Shown here in pieces: positions 49,546-62,768 of a DNA stretch of 64,000 nucleotides. The notes under the pieces are model-generated. The model saw nothing but the letters and a program-made list of their open reading frames with translations. It was not told where the DNA came from and did no database searches. Position 1 is the stretch's first letter, and each line of letters opens with the position of its first letter. The stretch is taken from contig CATNEN010000010.1 in NCBI GenBank assembly GCA_950097015.1, positions 2,480,001-2,544,000 on the forward strand. Reading direction: 5' to 3'. Origin of the DNA: Macrostomum hystrix. Its lineage: Eukaryota > Animalia > Platyhelminthes. The translations under genes were made by a program, and so were the position numbers.

Positions 49546-50340
49546 AACGGATGAAGCATGCAAATGGCCAGAAAATAAAAAGGTTTCAAAAAAGCGTAGC
49601 AGCTGCAGCAGGTCTGTTGAATTCTTGTACAACAGTTTCTTGTTTTCATTTTCCCCTAAAACTTGCTGCTTAATCGAATTCATCATTCTTTTAGTTGAGA
49701 TAGCAAATTATTTAGAGGCCGCACGAATTTTAGTGAGTTTACGGAACAGTCTGAGATTTTCTTACGCTTGGAACTTTTAAAGTGTACTGCTAGTGGATTG
49801 TACTTTAAATAAAAAGTTGATTGTACATAACAAGGCCTGTAGGCTGTCGAACATTCCTTTATATTTTACGATTTTGAAATGCTTTCCTGAACCGTCCTCA
49901 TTGTCCGGTTACGGCCCGCCTAAAACAATGTCCTATCTTTGTACTTTCTTCTATTCTGCTACAATCAGTCTGATATTTTCACGTCAAATGTAATATCTGT
50001 GCTATTCTATTTATGAAATCTAGAAGTATATACTTTAGTGCATAAACCGTGTACGAGTATCCACCGTGTACACTTCTCTGGATCAGCAAGTCTAACCAAC
50101 GAAAGAACTGAAACTTTAAGACTTTATACTTTTATTAAAACAATTAACCGTATTTCAATTTGGTACACTATGAAATTTATTTGTCTCTGAGGACAATGAC
50201 AAATTTATTTTTTGTCACATCACATAAATTAAAGTACAATCACATCACAGCGCTTGATTGGCTAATAACAGAAAGATAAATTATGCAATTAATTGTGCAT
50301 TTAATCTACGATAAGGGTGCACTAGTGTAGTCCAGTGATC

Positions 50341-51245
50341 ATGAATGAGGCATTCACAGCATCGTGAATGAGGCATTCACAGCATCGTGAATTCGTGAAT
50401 AAGGCATTCACAGCATCGTGAATGAGGCATTCACAGCATCATGAATGAGGCATTCACAGCATCGTGAATGAGGCATTCACAGCATCGTGAATAAGGCATT
50501 CACAGCATCGTGAATGAGGCATTCACAGCATCATGAATGAGGCATTCACAGCATCGTGAATGAGGCATTCACAGCATCGTGAATGAGGCATTCACAGCAT
50601 CGTGAATAAGGCATTCACAGCATCATGAATGAGGCATTCACAGCATCGTGAATGAGGCATTCACAGCATCGTGAATAAGGCATTCACAGCATCATGAATG
50701 AGGCATTCACAGCATCGTGAATGAGGCATTCACAGCATCGTGAATGAGGCATTCACAGCATCGTGAATAAGGCATTCACAGCATCGTGAATGAGGGATTC
50801 ACAGCATCGTGAATTCGTGAATAAGGCATTCACAGCATCGTGAATGAGGCATTCACAGCATCGTGAATGAGGCATTCACAGCATCGTGAATAAGGCATTC
50901 ACAGCATCGTGAATGAGGGATTCACAGCATCGTGAATTCGTGAATAAGGCATTCACAGCACTGCGAATGAGGCATTCACAGCATTGTAAGTGAGGCATTC
51001 ACAGCACTGCGAATGAGGCATTCACAGCATTGTGAGTGAGGCATCACAGCATTGTGAGTGAGGCATTCACAGCATCGTGAGTGAGGCATCACAGCATTGT
51101 GAGTGAGGCATCACAGCATTGTGAGTGAGGCATTCACAGCATTGTGAGTGAGGCATCACAGCATTGTGAGTGAGGCATTCACAGCATTGTGAGTGAGGCA
51201 TCACAGCATTGTGAGTGAGGCATTCACAGCACCGTGAGTGAGGCA
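50341..51245. repeat. 23-nt minisatellite, ~39 copies, with internal hairpin
   Basis: Unit GTGAATGAGGCATTCACAGCATC; shifts to the GTGAGTGAGGCA(TT)CACAGCATT variant after ~50960. Confidence 0.95.
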
Positions 51246-51392
51246 ACACAATCAAAACAATCAGGTATTTACTGAAACGTGAACGAAGCACCATTAAAGC
51301 AGGAAAAAAATTGAACATCTATTGCCAGAATTAATACCATGTGCTCATAGCGAGCAGCCAGTTTGTTGAACCGAATCGGCCCCGGTCTCAGC

Positions 51393-53742
51393 CTAGGCGG
51401 CGCCACCAACTGCAGTCAATCGCTCATTCTTGGCGGCCTCAGTGCGGAAGTCTTTCACCAGTTTGTTGTAGCGCCGCTCGCTGTCAACAAGTCGCAGGTA
51501 CTCGGAGTTCAGGCCGTCCCGCTTGGCCTTCTCCGTGGCCAATCGGCGCTCGCCCTGGCTCTGGTTTTGCCTGGCGCTCTCGACAATGCGCTCCAGCTGC
51601 GCCGCCAGCTCCTGCCTGCCGGCTGGCGACTTCTCAGTCTGCCTGTAGTTGTCCTCCACCGAGGCCAGCAGTTGAATCTCGCGTTCCAGCAGCTCGCGCA
51701 GGGAGCAGGCGGAGTTGTACAGGCAGTAGAACTGCTTGGTCTGCCTGTGCAGCGTGGCAGCCTGCTCAGCCAGCTCAAGTAGGCGCCGCATGTACTGGCT
51801 GGCCTCCTCCTGATGGTGGGATCAGCGATTGTGTCAGAAGGGATTAGTGACTGTGTCAGCAGGGGTCAGGTGGAAACAGCAACTGTGTCAGTTGGGATCA
51901 GGGACTGTCAGGTGGGATCAGGGACTGTCAGGTGGGATCAGGGACTGTCAGGTGGGATCAGGGACTTTCAGGTGGGATCAGCAACTTGTAAAGTGGGATC
52001 AGCGAGTGTGTCAGGTGGGATCAGGGACTGTCAGGTGGGATCAGGGAGTGTCAGGTGGGATCAGCGAGTGTCAGATGGCATCATCCCTATGACTATCAAA
52101 TTTCCTTGTGATATCACCTGACTGGGAAACTCGTCGATTCGGCGGCGCAGCGAGGCGCAGGCCCGGCTGGACTCGGCTAGCTGAGCTCGCACCGCTGCCA
52201 GCCGCTCGGCAGCCACCGTCGCCTGCTCAGTTGCCTTGGCAACGCGCTCGCTGTTGGCCGCCTCAGCGTCTGCGTCGCCGGTTGCGGCGACTCGTTCTCG
52301 CAGCCTGGCCAGCTCGGACTCCAGCTCGGCAGCCTCGGCACGAAGCGCCGCCTTCTGGTCGGCCTCGCGCTGTCGGAGCTCCTCAGCGGCAGACACCAGC
52401 CGGTCCAACTTGGCAGCGGCGCGCGGATCCTGCGCCACTGCGCCTAGCGCCGTCAGCTGGGCGTCCAGGTCGGCGCGCTGTCGCTCCGCCTCGGCCAGGC
52501 GGGCCGCCTCTTGATCCCGCCGGTCTCTGGCCGCTTGCTCGCGCTCCGCCGCCTGCTCAGCCTGCTGCCTGAGGAGTCGGCGATGAGTTAGGAATAAATT
52601 GGCATTCAAATTCCTTCATTTTAGTTTTAAGGATTTGTGATTTTTCTATTTTATTGGAACAGAACTAACTTAGAACTTGAATTCCAAACGTGAATCTGAA
52701 TTCTTAAATTTCTCACCTGGCGGTCTCCAGCCGCTCCTCCATGCCAGCCCGCAGCCGGAGCTGCTGCTCTGGGCTGAGCTGCCGCAGGCTCTCCAGCTGT
52801 TGCGCCAGCTCAGTCTGCTTGGCGCCGAAGTCCTGCAGAGCTCGCTGAATGTCCGCCGACTGCAGGCCGACGATAGTGCCGACCAAGCTAGCGGCCAGGC
52901 GCTTCTGCTGGCCGGCATCGCCCATCTCCGCCAGCTCCACCGGTGCAGCCGCGCCACCGCCGACTCCGCCGCCGCTGCCCGCAACAGCTGCAGTTGGGGC
53001 TCCGGCAGCAGTGGCACCCGCAATGGCACCCAGTCCGCCATTGTACTCTAGCAGTGTGGTGCGCACCTGGGTAAAAGGTGAGGGGATAGCCGATATGAAT
53101 CGAAAGCAACGTGAGGGAACAGAATGCAGATGTCAGGAAATACATAGAGTTCACCTGCGTCTCTTCCAGCACCTGCGACCCCCGATAGGCCGCCGGTTTG
53201 CGCAACCGACGCATCGTCGGAAACGCCGCCTTCAGCTGCGCCCGCCGCTCCGATAACGCCGATGCCGCAGCCGCCAACTCCGGCGAAATCCCCGCAGCCT
53301 GGCCGGTGCGCAACAGCCGGTACTGCTCCACTGCGAAGTCGCGCCAGTCGGCAGTCATTTGATCGCGCCTGCCGATGACCTGCGTCACCAGCCACTGCAC
53401 CACGGGAAATACGTGTACAAAGTCCCGGCCCTGGATCTGGTGCGGCTCGATTGCGTGCGGACAGCGCATGCGGCGGAGGGCGCGGACGATCTTCTCAGTC
53501 AGGGCGATCTTCTGCCCGATGCTGGAGCCCTCGTGAAACAGCAGGTCGGCATCTATGTCCATACTGCAGCCCTGCACGCACCAGCAGAGCCCGCCAACCA
53601 GTTTGTCAAATGCAGCAAGGCCGCGGATGCGAGCCCTGAAATAGCCGGCCGAGACCAGCAGCTGCATACACTCCGCCTCCTTGGCCTCCTGCTCCTCATC
53701 CTCCCGGATGTCGTACTCACCTTCTTTGTAGCGGTGAGCCAT
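51393..53742 (-). CDS. CCDC93: Coiled-coil domain-containing protein 93 (CCC/Commander complex), 4 exons, ~601 aa
   Basis: Exons 53742-53155, 53066-52717, 52568-52118, 51809-51393 with matching phases. N-terminal LVSAGYFRARIRGLAAFDKLVGGLCWC...HQIQGRDFVHVFPVVQWLV followed by coiled coil. Confidence 0.95.
51830..52075. repeat. 20-nt degenerate tandem repeat in the last CCDC93 intron
   Basis: Unit GTCAGGTGGGATCAGGGACT. Confidence 0.9.
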
Positions 53743-53957
53743 GATTGGCTGTGGGACAGGCAAAGGGCAGCTGATCTGCTTTGGAATATTACATACAAGT
53801 TCACATTTTCTTAGTTTCCCATGTTTGCATAGTGCATAGTGTATTGTTAGCTACTGGTTAGCAATACATACATATAAGTAATGTATATAAAAATGCACAA
53901 AAATGCTAATATTATCACAAATAATTTTCGAAAATAAACAAAACTACAAATAAACAA

Positions 53958-54397
53958 GGTAGTTGTTATTTGTCCGGTTAACCGGACAAATAGCCATTTG
54001 GTTATTCGTCCGGTTAACCGAGGTTGTAGGGGTTGTAGCGCTACCACGAGAACCTCTATCATTTGTAAGATAAAATAATTAACAAGCTGCAAAAGGACAG
54101 TCATTCAGATTTGAAGTTTGTGTCTCAAATTATTTTCGCTTATCAGCTAATTAAAAAAATTAAAACCTTTTCCAGAAATTCGGTTGTTTCAGGGACTAAC
54201 TTAGTTCAAGGGTATAGTTTGGTCTTTGTGAGGTCAAGACTCAAGATGGCTATTAGCAGGGCAAGAGTGGTCTTTGGGAGGATTGTTGCTCCTGCTCATT
54301 GAAAGGGGAGAAATTAAGTCCTTGGGTGGTTAACCAGTTAACCGGACGAATAACCAAATGGCTATTTGTCCGGTTAACCGGACAAATAACAACTACC
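53958..54397. mobile_element. Mutator-like (MULE) MITE, 440 bp
   Basis: ~62-bp TIR GGTAGTTGTTATTTGTCCGGTTAACCGGACAAATAGCC... and an exact 9-bp TSD AATAAACAA (53949-53957, 54398-54406). Confidence 0.9.
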
Positions 54398-56404
54398 AAT
54401 AAACAAATAACCCTACTTGCTGGTAAATTCTCAAGTTACCTATATTTTAGCTGATAAACAGAAACAAGATCAGAATTTAGTTTGCATAATTATCTAGATT
54501 TAGATAAATAGAAAAACATAATAAAATTATTCAAAGTTGCTAACAATTACCATTACCATTATCATTCACCACTTCTACTTAGACACCAAATATAACCCAT
54601 TTATAAAAAGGCAAGAGGCTTAAGTTATGTAGTCAGAATCTTATCTTACCAATATGCTCTAAATGTACAAATATAATGTTTTTGTGTATAGTAAAATAAT
54701 GTTCAATAATGACATAATATAGGCCTAATGTATTGCTTTTACTATTATTAGTTGTTTACAGCCTTGGTGTAAGTCAAGAATCATAATTCCATTCAACTTC
54801 TACTGAAATTAAATAATAAATACAAGCAAAAACTATAGTCTAAAAAGCAAAAAAGCTGGCAATGACCTTCATGGAATAGCTAAATAGGGCCTAATTCAAA
54901 TATGTGGTGATTTTAAATAGCACACATACAATCCAAGTGGACCTTGACCATATATTTCATAAAACTACTATATTATTTTTATTAGATACATCCATGTAGG
55001 TGTACAGGCAACAGTTACAGCCAATGTAAAAACGAAAGAAACAGTTAATATTAATCAGAAAATAATATTTTATTTTATTTCATGCTTCTTTCAAGGGAAA
55101 CTTAATGCTATTGACACGAATATTTATCGGTGACTCAATATGAGCTCAAGGACAAGGAGAGCATGCAATAAATGTCTATTCATAATACATGCAATTTAAA
55201 CGTAAAACTATATAATTAGAAAAAAACTGAATTCGAGTTTATGTGTTTGTAGTAAACCCAAGGACCACTAGGACCACTGTCTTCTTGGACAGTGTCTTGG
55301 ACTTCTTCTAGTGGTCCTTGAGTAAACCTTGCGTTAAGCAAATTATAACATAACATTTACCTATTTTGAAGAATTTGCAATCTTTGCAGAATTTTTTTAG
55401 ATAAAACCCGTTTCGTTATGGTTTTCTTTTATTTAGGCTTACGTTAAAAGAAATCTAATGCGAAACATTTTGCACGCGCTATCCAGAACTTTCTAGAACT
55501 TCTAAAACAAGTTTGTATCGTAACTTATGCCTGCGCAGCTTGGTTCCTACGAAATACGAAGTCTAGAGTTGCCGTAATAATATTATATTGTGTGTTATAT
55601 GTGCTTTTATTTGCGAGCTCAATTATTCTTAGCTAAAATAGACCGATTCATTGAAACGGTCATTTATTCAAAGCATTCTTAAATGTTAGAAATAAGTACA
55701 GGAGATTCTGAGACATATATGAATATTAATGAGGTTCAAACATCCTAGCCTCAAACATTCAAGCCTTAGACTTAAAAATATACATTTTTATCAAGACCAG
55801 AATGATGGTCAATGGAGCAAAGTAAGGCTATATTTGCTAGAGCAGTGCACTGGTACCCCTCACTTTCCACATACTTATCCCTTTCTATTAAGACATAGGG
55901 CCTATACAAAATAACTGTGTTGCGGATTGCAAGACAAAACTAAACCTCACTTGTGTCTTACAATCCCATCCTATTAAGTCATACATGCGCAACCTCCCAA
56001 ATCTTAAATGATCTTAAATTTATCAAAATTATCATGATCCCATGATAAAAAAATCTAAGCCAGCCATGCGACTTAGTTTTTTCTCTCTTTACAACTTAGT
56101 TTGCTCTCATTTGCTCTCTTTTTCTCTCCCCTTTTTCCTTTTCTTCACGCCTTCCTTTTTTGTCCCTTGGTCCCCCTTTTGATTATTTTGTGCTTGGTTG
56201 ATTGGTTTTTGCGACTTACCTTGCTTGGCCCTCGTTTCACCTGGCCGGTTCGGCCAGGTTGGCCGGGTGTTGCGCATGTATGTATTAAGTCATATGCATA
56301 ATGAATATTGAGAATTTGCATCATAAAAACAAATATATAGGTGCCTTCCTAGTCCTAGTTACTAAAATTGAAGTTGATTATTCTTTTTTCACCAATTTTA
56401 CTGA

Positions 56405-56818
56405 GGTACCTGGACACTTTGTCATCTTACAACTTCGTCATCCAGATGATGATCTGTCCAATATCTCAGAGGGTGGATGACAAAGAGACTTAGACTTGTG
56501 GACACTTCGTCATCTATAAAACAAAAGTTTTGAAAGTTAGAACAGAACCACCCTCCCCACCCCTCCTCATATTGTGTTGGCATCTATCTTTCAACTCTTA
56601 TAATGAAAGCAGTTTTGTCGCCTTTTTGACAATTTAGAGTGTGTTCAAACCTCTGCCCCACCACCCCACCCTCACTTTATTGATGACGAACTTGATTGCT
56701 TGTTACTAGTAGTTGATGAACTGACCAAACTTTAAAGCATGCCAATTGGCTGGATGACGAAGTGTCCTACCTTCCAAGTGGATGATAAAGTTGTAAGATA
56801 ACAAAGTGTCTAGGATCC
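56405..56818 (-). mobile_element. MITE family A, copy 2 (inverted)
   Basis: The reverse complement is colinear with 16355-16793. Confidence 0.85.
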
Positions 56819-57816
56819 TTTCACTGAGTGGAATTCAGATAGGTGATTTATGAGCCTGAGCCATTGCAACAGCTGAAATGATGACAATTATTTCAATGGG
56901 ATCATAAAATAAAAGCGCCGATCAACATATGAATAATGGTGAGTGATTGTTAAACAAAAGAAAGCATATATTTTTACTTTTATCAAAATAGTGCCTAGTT
57001 GACACTTTTGTATTATTTAGCAAACTGATTTGGTAGGGCTATATAATGGCAGTTTAAAAAGTCTCAACTCAATCCTTAAACTTTTATTTAGCTAGTTTAA
57101 CAATTGAAAGATTATTTAAACAATGTTCGAATTTCTGTCAAAACTCTACAGGGGTAGGCCTAGCTAATTGGTAAACTATGGACCATACAAACAGGTATAT
57201 AACAAAAAACTACTAAATGCATTTCGCTCATGCACCTAAGACATTAATAGTTATTCCATTGCAATTTGAAATTCATTTAGGGCAAGGCACAGAGAGAAAC
57301 TTTGGCCCTTAGGCTTTTATACAATTACAATGGGTAAATTGAGCAATTTACAACTTTAAAGGCTAATAACAATTTAGTAGGCTCTAGAACAGGAATTATT
57401 GCTTGACAATGGTAGTGATCAGTCTTTCTACAAATACTATTATTATTAGGATAGACTATGTAAACAGGATATCTCTAAATATCTAGTTGAAAATATATAG
57501 ATTACATACATAGCCAAATGCATGAATACAAAAGATTCTAACAATTTAAGACTAAAAACCAGCAAATAAATAACAAACAATTACATCATAGATCATTAGA
57601 AAAAAAGCACATTTACCTGTGGATTATGTATAAAAATATATTAATTGATATTGTTTGTTTGGTTTTTTGAAAATGGGTTTGAATATTTTATATTTATAGC
57701 TTTTGCTGTTGATGATGAAAGTGATGATCTTGATATTGTCGATGAAAGTATTGGATGGGTTATAATTGCTCATTCTGATAAGAACATTATGCTTTGCAGC
57801 AGATCAGCCAGCCATA

Positions 57817-58518
57817 ATGTCAGCAGCTGCACTGGACAATCTCAAACTGGACCTGGATGAGCTCCGCAGCCTCCGGGCCAGCAGCACCCGGCCTCGCGTG
57901 CAGGACCTGCTGGACCTGCAGATTCGGCGCATTGAAACCGACCTGACTGCCGCAATTGAGGCTGCCGCTGCTGCTGGCCAGCAGGCGGCTCCGGTGAAGC
58001 CGGCTCCAGCCAGCCAGCCGGACAAGCCAATCCTAATCGAGATCAAAACCTACGCCTGGGGCGACTCTGACAAGTTCATCCGGCTCTACGTGTCCGAGGG
58101 CCTGGCCGGAGTTGGCAGCCTGGACAAGGACGCCGTCAGCGTGGAGTTCACGGATGTCTCCGTGATGCTCCGTGTGCGCAATTTGAATGGCCGCGACAGG
58201 GAGTTGCGAATTCCCCGACTGTACGACCGGATCCTGCCGGACAGCAGCTCCTTCAAGGTCAAGCGCGATCAGGTCGTGCTCTCGCTGCGCAAGGCCGCCT
58301 GTGCCTCCTGGGCCTTCGTCACCGAGCACGAGCGGCGGGCCAGCGAGGCCAAGAAGGCCGCCAACAAGAAGATGCCGGGTGACAAGGACGAGGACCCCAG
58401 CGCCAGCATGATGGGCCTGATGCGCCAGATGTACGAGGAGGGCGACGACGAGATGAAGCGAACCATAGCCAAGGCTTTCTCCGAGTCTCAAAATAAGAAG
58501 GCTGCCGGCGATGTCTGA
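57817..58518 (+). CDS. CACYBP: Calcyclin-binding protein / Siah-interacting protein, intronless (233 aa)
   Basis: N-terminal LKLDLDELRSL..TRPRVQDLL, AAPVKP Siah-binding-like motif, CS domain (YAWGDSDKFIRLYV), SGS tail DPSASMMGLMRQMYEEGDDEMKRTIAKAF. Confidence 0.93.
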   Translation: MSAAALDNLKLDLDELRSLRASSTRPRVQDLLDLQIRRIETDLTAAIEAAAAAGQQAAPVKPAPASQPDKPILIEIKTYAWGDSDKFIRLYVSEGLAGVGSLDKDAVSVEFTDVSVMLRVRNLNGRDRELRIPRLYDRILPDSSSFKVKRDQVVLSLRKAACASWAFVTEHERRASEAKKAANKKMPGDKDEDPSASMMGLMRQMYEEGDDEMKRTIAKAFSESQNKKAAGDV

Positions 58519-59045
58519 TGATACCTGTCATAACCTGTATGCATACTGAATGCATGCATGCATTCGGACCTAAGCCAAGAAGCTTTTTAAACCAGGCGAT
58601 TTAAAATGACGTTTTTCTCTCCAGCCTGATCCTGATTCGACATACTTATCTGTTTCATTTTCTAATTAGAAGTTTACAATTCTTTTATCCCGAAGTATGC
58701 CACTCCCAGGCGAGTGCTAAGCTTCCCGCTTGAGACCCTGTGGCAGTTAGTCTTTACTTTTTCTCAGCCCGTGTCCTTGCAGCGACGTATTATTATTAGG
58801 ATAGACTATGTAATCAGGATATCTCAGTACCGAGTAAATCTGACTGGACTGTACTAGTTGCGAACTTTTGCACTCTTGGACTTGTTGGCTCCGCATTGCA
58901 ATTCTTTACTTGTACTTTTAATTTAGATCAGTTCAACTTAGTTCTGGCCTCTTGGGGAAATGAAAATGGGGAAATTCTGGGAACCAGAATTTAAAACTGA
59001 GACCCTTTTCAATGATCGGGGCATGTAAGAATACATTTTATGGCT

Positions 59046-62000
59046 AAGGACCTGAGAGAGTGAGCCAAGCTGTTAGGACCTGAGAGAGTGAGCCAAGCTG
59101 TTAGGACCTGAGAGAGTGAGCCAAGCTGTTAGGACCTGAGAGAGTGAGCCAAGCTGTTATGACCTGAGAGAGTGAGCCAAGCTGTTATGACCTGAGAGAG
59201 TGGCCAAGCTGTTATGACCTGAGAGAGTGAGCCAAGCTGTTATGACCTGAGAGAGTGAGCCAAGCTGTTATGACCTGAGAGAGTGAGCCAAGCTGTTATG
59301 ACCTGAGAGAGTGAGCCAAGCTGTTATGACCTGAGAGAGTGAGCCAAGCTGTTAGGACCTGAGAGAGTGAGCCAAGCTGTTAGGACCTGAGAGAGTGAGC
59401 CAAGCTGTTAGGACCTGAGAGAGTGAGCCAAGCTGTTAGGACCTGAGAGAGTGAGCCAAGCTGTTATGACCTGAGAGAGTGGCCAAGCTGTTATGACCTG
59501 AGAGAGTGAGCCAAGCTGTTATGACCTGAGAGAGTGCGCCAAGCTGTTAGGACCTGAGAGAGTGAGCCAAGCTGTTAGGACCTGAGAGAGTGAGCCAAGC
59601 TGTTATGACCTGAGAGAGTGAGCCAAGCTGTTAGGACCTGAGAGAGTGAGCCAAGCTGTTAGGACCTGAGAGAGTGAGCCAAGCTGTTAGGACCTGAGAG
59701 AGTGAGCCAAGCTGTTAGGACCTGAGAGAGTGGCCAAGCTGTTAGGACCTGAGAGAGTGCGCCAAGCTGTTAGGACCTGAGAGAGTGGCCAAGCTGTTAG
59801 GACCTGAGAGAGTGCGCCAAGCTGTTAGGACCTGAGAGAGTGAGCCAAGCTGTTAGGACCTGAGAGAGTGCGCCAAGCTGTTAGGACCTGAGAGATTGGC
59901 CAAGCTGTTAGGACCTGAGAGAGTGCGCCAAGCTGTTAGGACCTGAGAGAGTGAGCCAAGCTGTTAGGACCTGAGAGAGTGCGCCAAGCTGTTATGACCT
60001 GAGAGAGTGAGCCAAGCTGTTATGACCTGAGAGAGTGAGCCAAGCTGTTATGACCTGAGAGAGTGAGCCAAGCTGTTAGGACCTGAGAGAGTGAGCCAAG
60101 CTGTTAGGACCTGAGAGAGTGAGCCAAGCTGTTAGGACCTGAGAGAGTGAGCCAAGCTGTTATGACCTGAGAGAGTGAGCCAAGCTGTTATGACCTGAGA
60201 GAGTGGCCAAGCTGTTATGACCTGAGAGAGTGAGCCAAGCTGTTATGACCTGAGAGAGTGAGCCAAGCTGTTATGACCTGAGAGAGTGAGCCAAGCTGTT
60301 AGGACCTGAGAGAGTGAGCCAAGCTGTTATGACCTGAGAGAGTGAGCCAAGCTGTTATGACCTGAGAGAGTGCACCAAGCTGCTAGGACCTGAGCGAGTG
60401 AGCCAAGCTGTTAGGACCTGAGAGAGTGCGCCAAGCTGTTAGGACCTGAGCGAGTGAGCCAAGCTGTTAGGACCTGAGAGAGTGAGCCAAGCTGTTAGGA
60501 CCTGAGAGAGTGCGCCAAGCTGTTAGGACCTGAGAGATTGGCCAAGCTGTTAGGACCTGAGAGAGTGCGCCAAGCTGTTAGGACCTGAGAGAGTGAGCCA
60601 AGCTGTTAGGACCTGAGAGAGTGCGCCAAGCTGTTAGGACCTGAGAGAGTGCGCCAAGCTGTTAGGACCTGAGAGAGTGAGCCAAGCTGTTAGGACCTGA
60701 GAGAGTGAGCCAAGCTGTTATGACCTGAGAGAGTGAGCCAAGCTGTTAGGACCTGAGAGAGTGAGCCAAGCTGTTAGGACCTGAGAGAGTGAGCCAAGCT
60801 GTAAGGACCTGAGAGAGTGAGCCAAGCTGTTAGGACCTGAGAGAGTGGCCAAGCTGTTAGGACCTGAGAGAGTGCGCCAAGCTGTTAGGACCTGAGAGAG
60901 TGGCCAAGCTGTTAGGACCTGAGAGAGTGAGCCAAGCTGTTAGGACCTGAGAGAGTGAGCCAAGCTGTTAGGACCTGAGAGAGTGCGCCAAGCTGTTAGG
61001 ACCTGAGAGATTGGCCAAGCTGTTAGGACCTGAGAGAGTGCGCCAAGCTGTTAGGACCTGAGAGAGTGAGCCAAGCTGTTAGGACCTGAGAGAGTGCGCC
61101 AAGCTGTTAGGACCTGAGAGAGTGCGCCAAGCTGTTAGGACCTGAGAGAGTGAGCCAAGCTGTTAGGACCTGAGAGAGTGAGCCAAGCTGTTATGACCTG
61201 AGAGAGTGGCCAAGCTGTTAGGACCTGAGAGAGTGAGCCAAGCTGTTAGGACCTGAGAGAGTGGCCAAGCTGTTAGGACCTGAGAGAGTGAGCCAAGCTG
61301 TTAGGACCTGAGAGAGTGCGCCAAGCTGTTAGGACCTGAGAGAGTGGCCAAGCTGTTAGGACCTGAGAGAGTGAGCCAAGCTGTTAGGACCTGAGAGAGT
61401 GAGCCAAGCTGTTAGGACCTGAGAGAGTGAGCCAAGCTGTTATGACCTGAGAGAGTGAGCCAAGCTGTTATGACCTGAGAGAGTGGCCAAGCTGTTATGA
61501 CCTGAGAGAGTGAGCCAAGCTGTTATGACCTGAGAGAGTGAGCCAAGCTGTTATGACCTGAGAGAGTGAGCCAAGCTGTTATGACCTGAGAGAGTGAGAC
61601 AAGCTGTTATGACCTGAGAGAGTGAGCCAAGCTGTTATGACCTGAGAGAGTGCACCAAGCTGCTAGGACCTGAGCGAGTGAGCCAAGCTGTTAGGACCTG
61701 AGAGAGTGCGCCAAGCTGTTAGGACCTGAGCGAGTGAGCCAAGCTGTTAGGACCTGAGAGAGTGAGCCAAGCTGTTAGGACCTGAGAGAGTGAGCCAAGC
61801 TGTTAGGACCTGAGAGAGTGAGCCAAGCTGTTATGACCTGAGAGAGTGAGCCAAGCTGTTAGGACCTGAGAGAGTGAGCCAAGCTGTTAGGACCTGAGAG
61901 AGTGAGCCAAGCTGTTAGGACCTGAGAGAGTGAGCCAAGCTGTTAGGACCTGAGAGAGTGGCCAAGCTGTTAGGACCTGAGAGAGTGCGCCAAGCTGTTA

Positions 62001-62768
62001 GGACCTGAGAGAGTGGCCAAGCTGTTAGGACCTGAGAGAGTGCGCCAAGCTGTTAGGACCTGAGAGAGTGAGCCAAGCTGTTAGGACCTGAGAGAGTGCG
62101 CCAAGCTGTTAGGACCTGAGAGATTGGCCAAGCTGTTAGGACCTGAGAGAGTGCGCCAAGCTGTTAGGACCTGAGAGAGTGAGCCAAGCTGTTAGGACCT
62201 GAGAGAGTGCGCCAAGCTGTTAGGACCTGAGAGAGTGCGCCAAGCTGTTAGGACCTGAGAGAGTGAGCCAAGCTGTTATGACCTGAGAGAGTGGCCAAGC
62301 TGTTAGGACCTGAGAGAGTGAGCCAAGCTGTTAGGACCTGAGAGAGTGCGCCAAGCTGTTAGGACCTGAGAGATTGGCCAAGCTGTTAGGACCTGAGAGA
62401 GTGCGCCAAGCTGTTAGGACCTGAGAGAGTGAGCCAAGCTGTTAGGACCTGAGAGAGTGCGCCAAGCTGTTAGGACCTGAGAGAGTGCGCCAAGCTGTTA
62501 GGACCTGAGAGAGTGAGCCAAGCTGTTAGGACCTGAGAGAGTGAGCCAAGCTGTTAGGACCTGAGAGAGTGAGCCAAGCTGTTAGGACCTGAGAGAGTGG
62601 CCAAGCTGTTAGGACCTGAGAGAGTGAGCCAAGCTGTTAGGACCTGAGAGAGTGCGCCAAGCTGTTAGGACCTGAGAGAGTGGCCAAGCTGTTAGGACCT
62701 GAGAGAGTGCGCCAAGCTGTTATGACCTGAGAGAGTGGCCAAGCTGTTTGGACCTGAGAGAATGAGCT
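59046..62768. repeat. 3.7-kb 27/28-nt satellite, ~133 copies
   Basis: Unit GACCTGAGAGAGTG(A/C/-)GCCAAGCTGTTA(G/T). Confidence 0.98.

Noticed and set aside
50341-51245. CRISPR-like palindromic 23-nt repeats
   Set aside because: Head-to-tail units with no unique spacers, no cas genes, eukaryotic context
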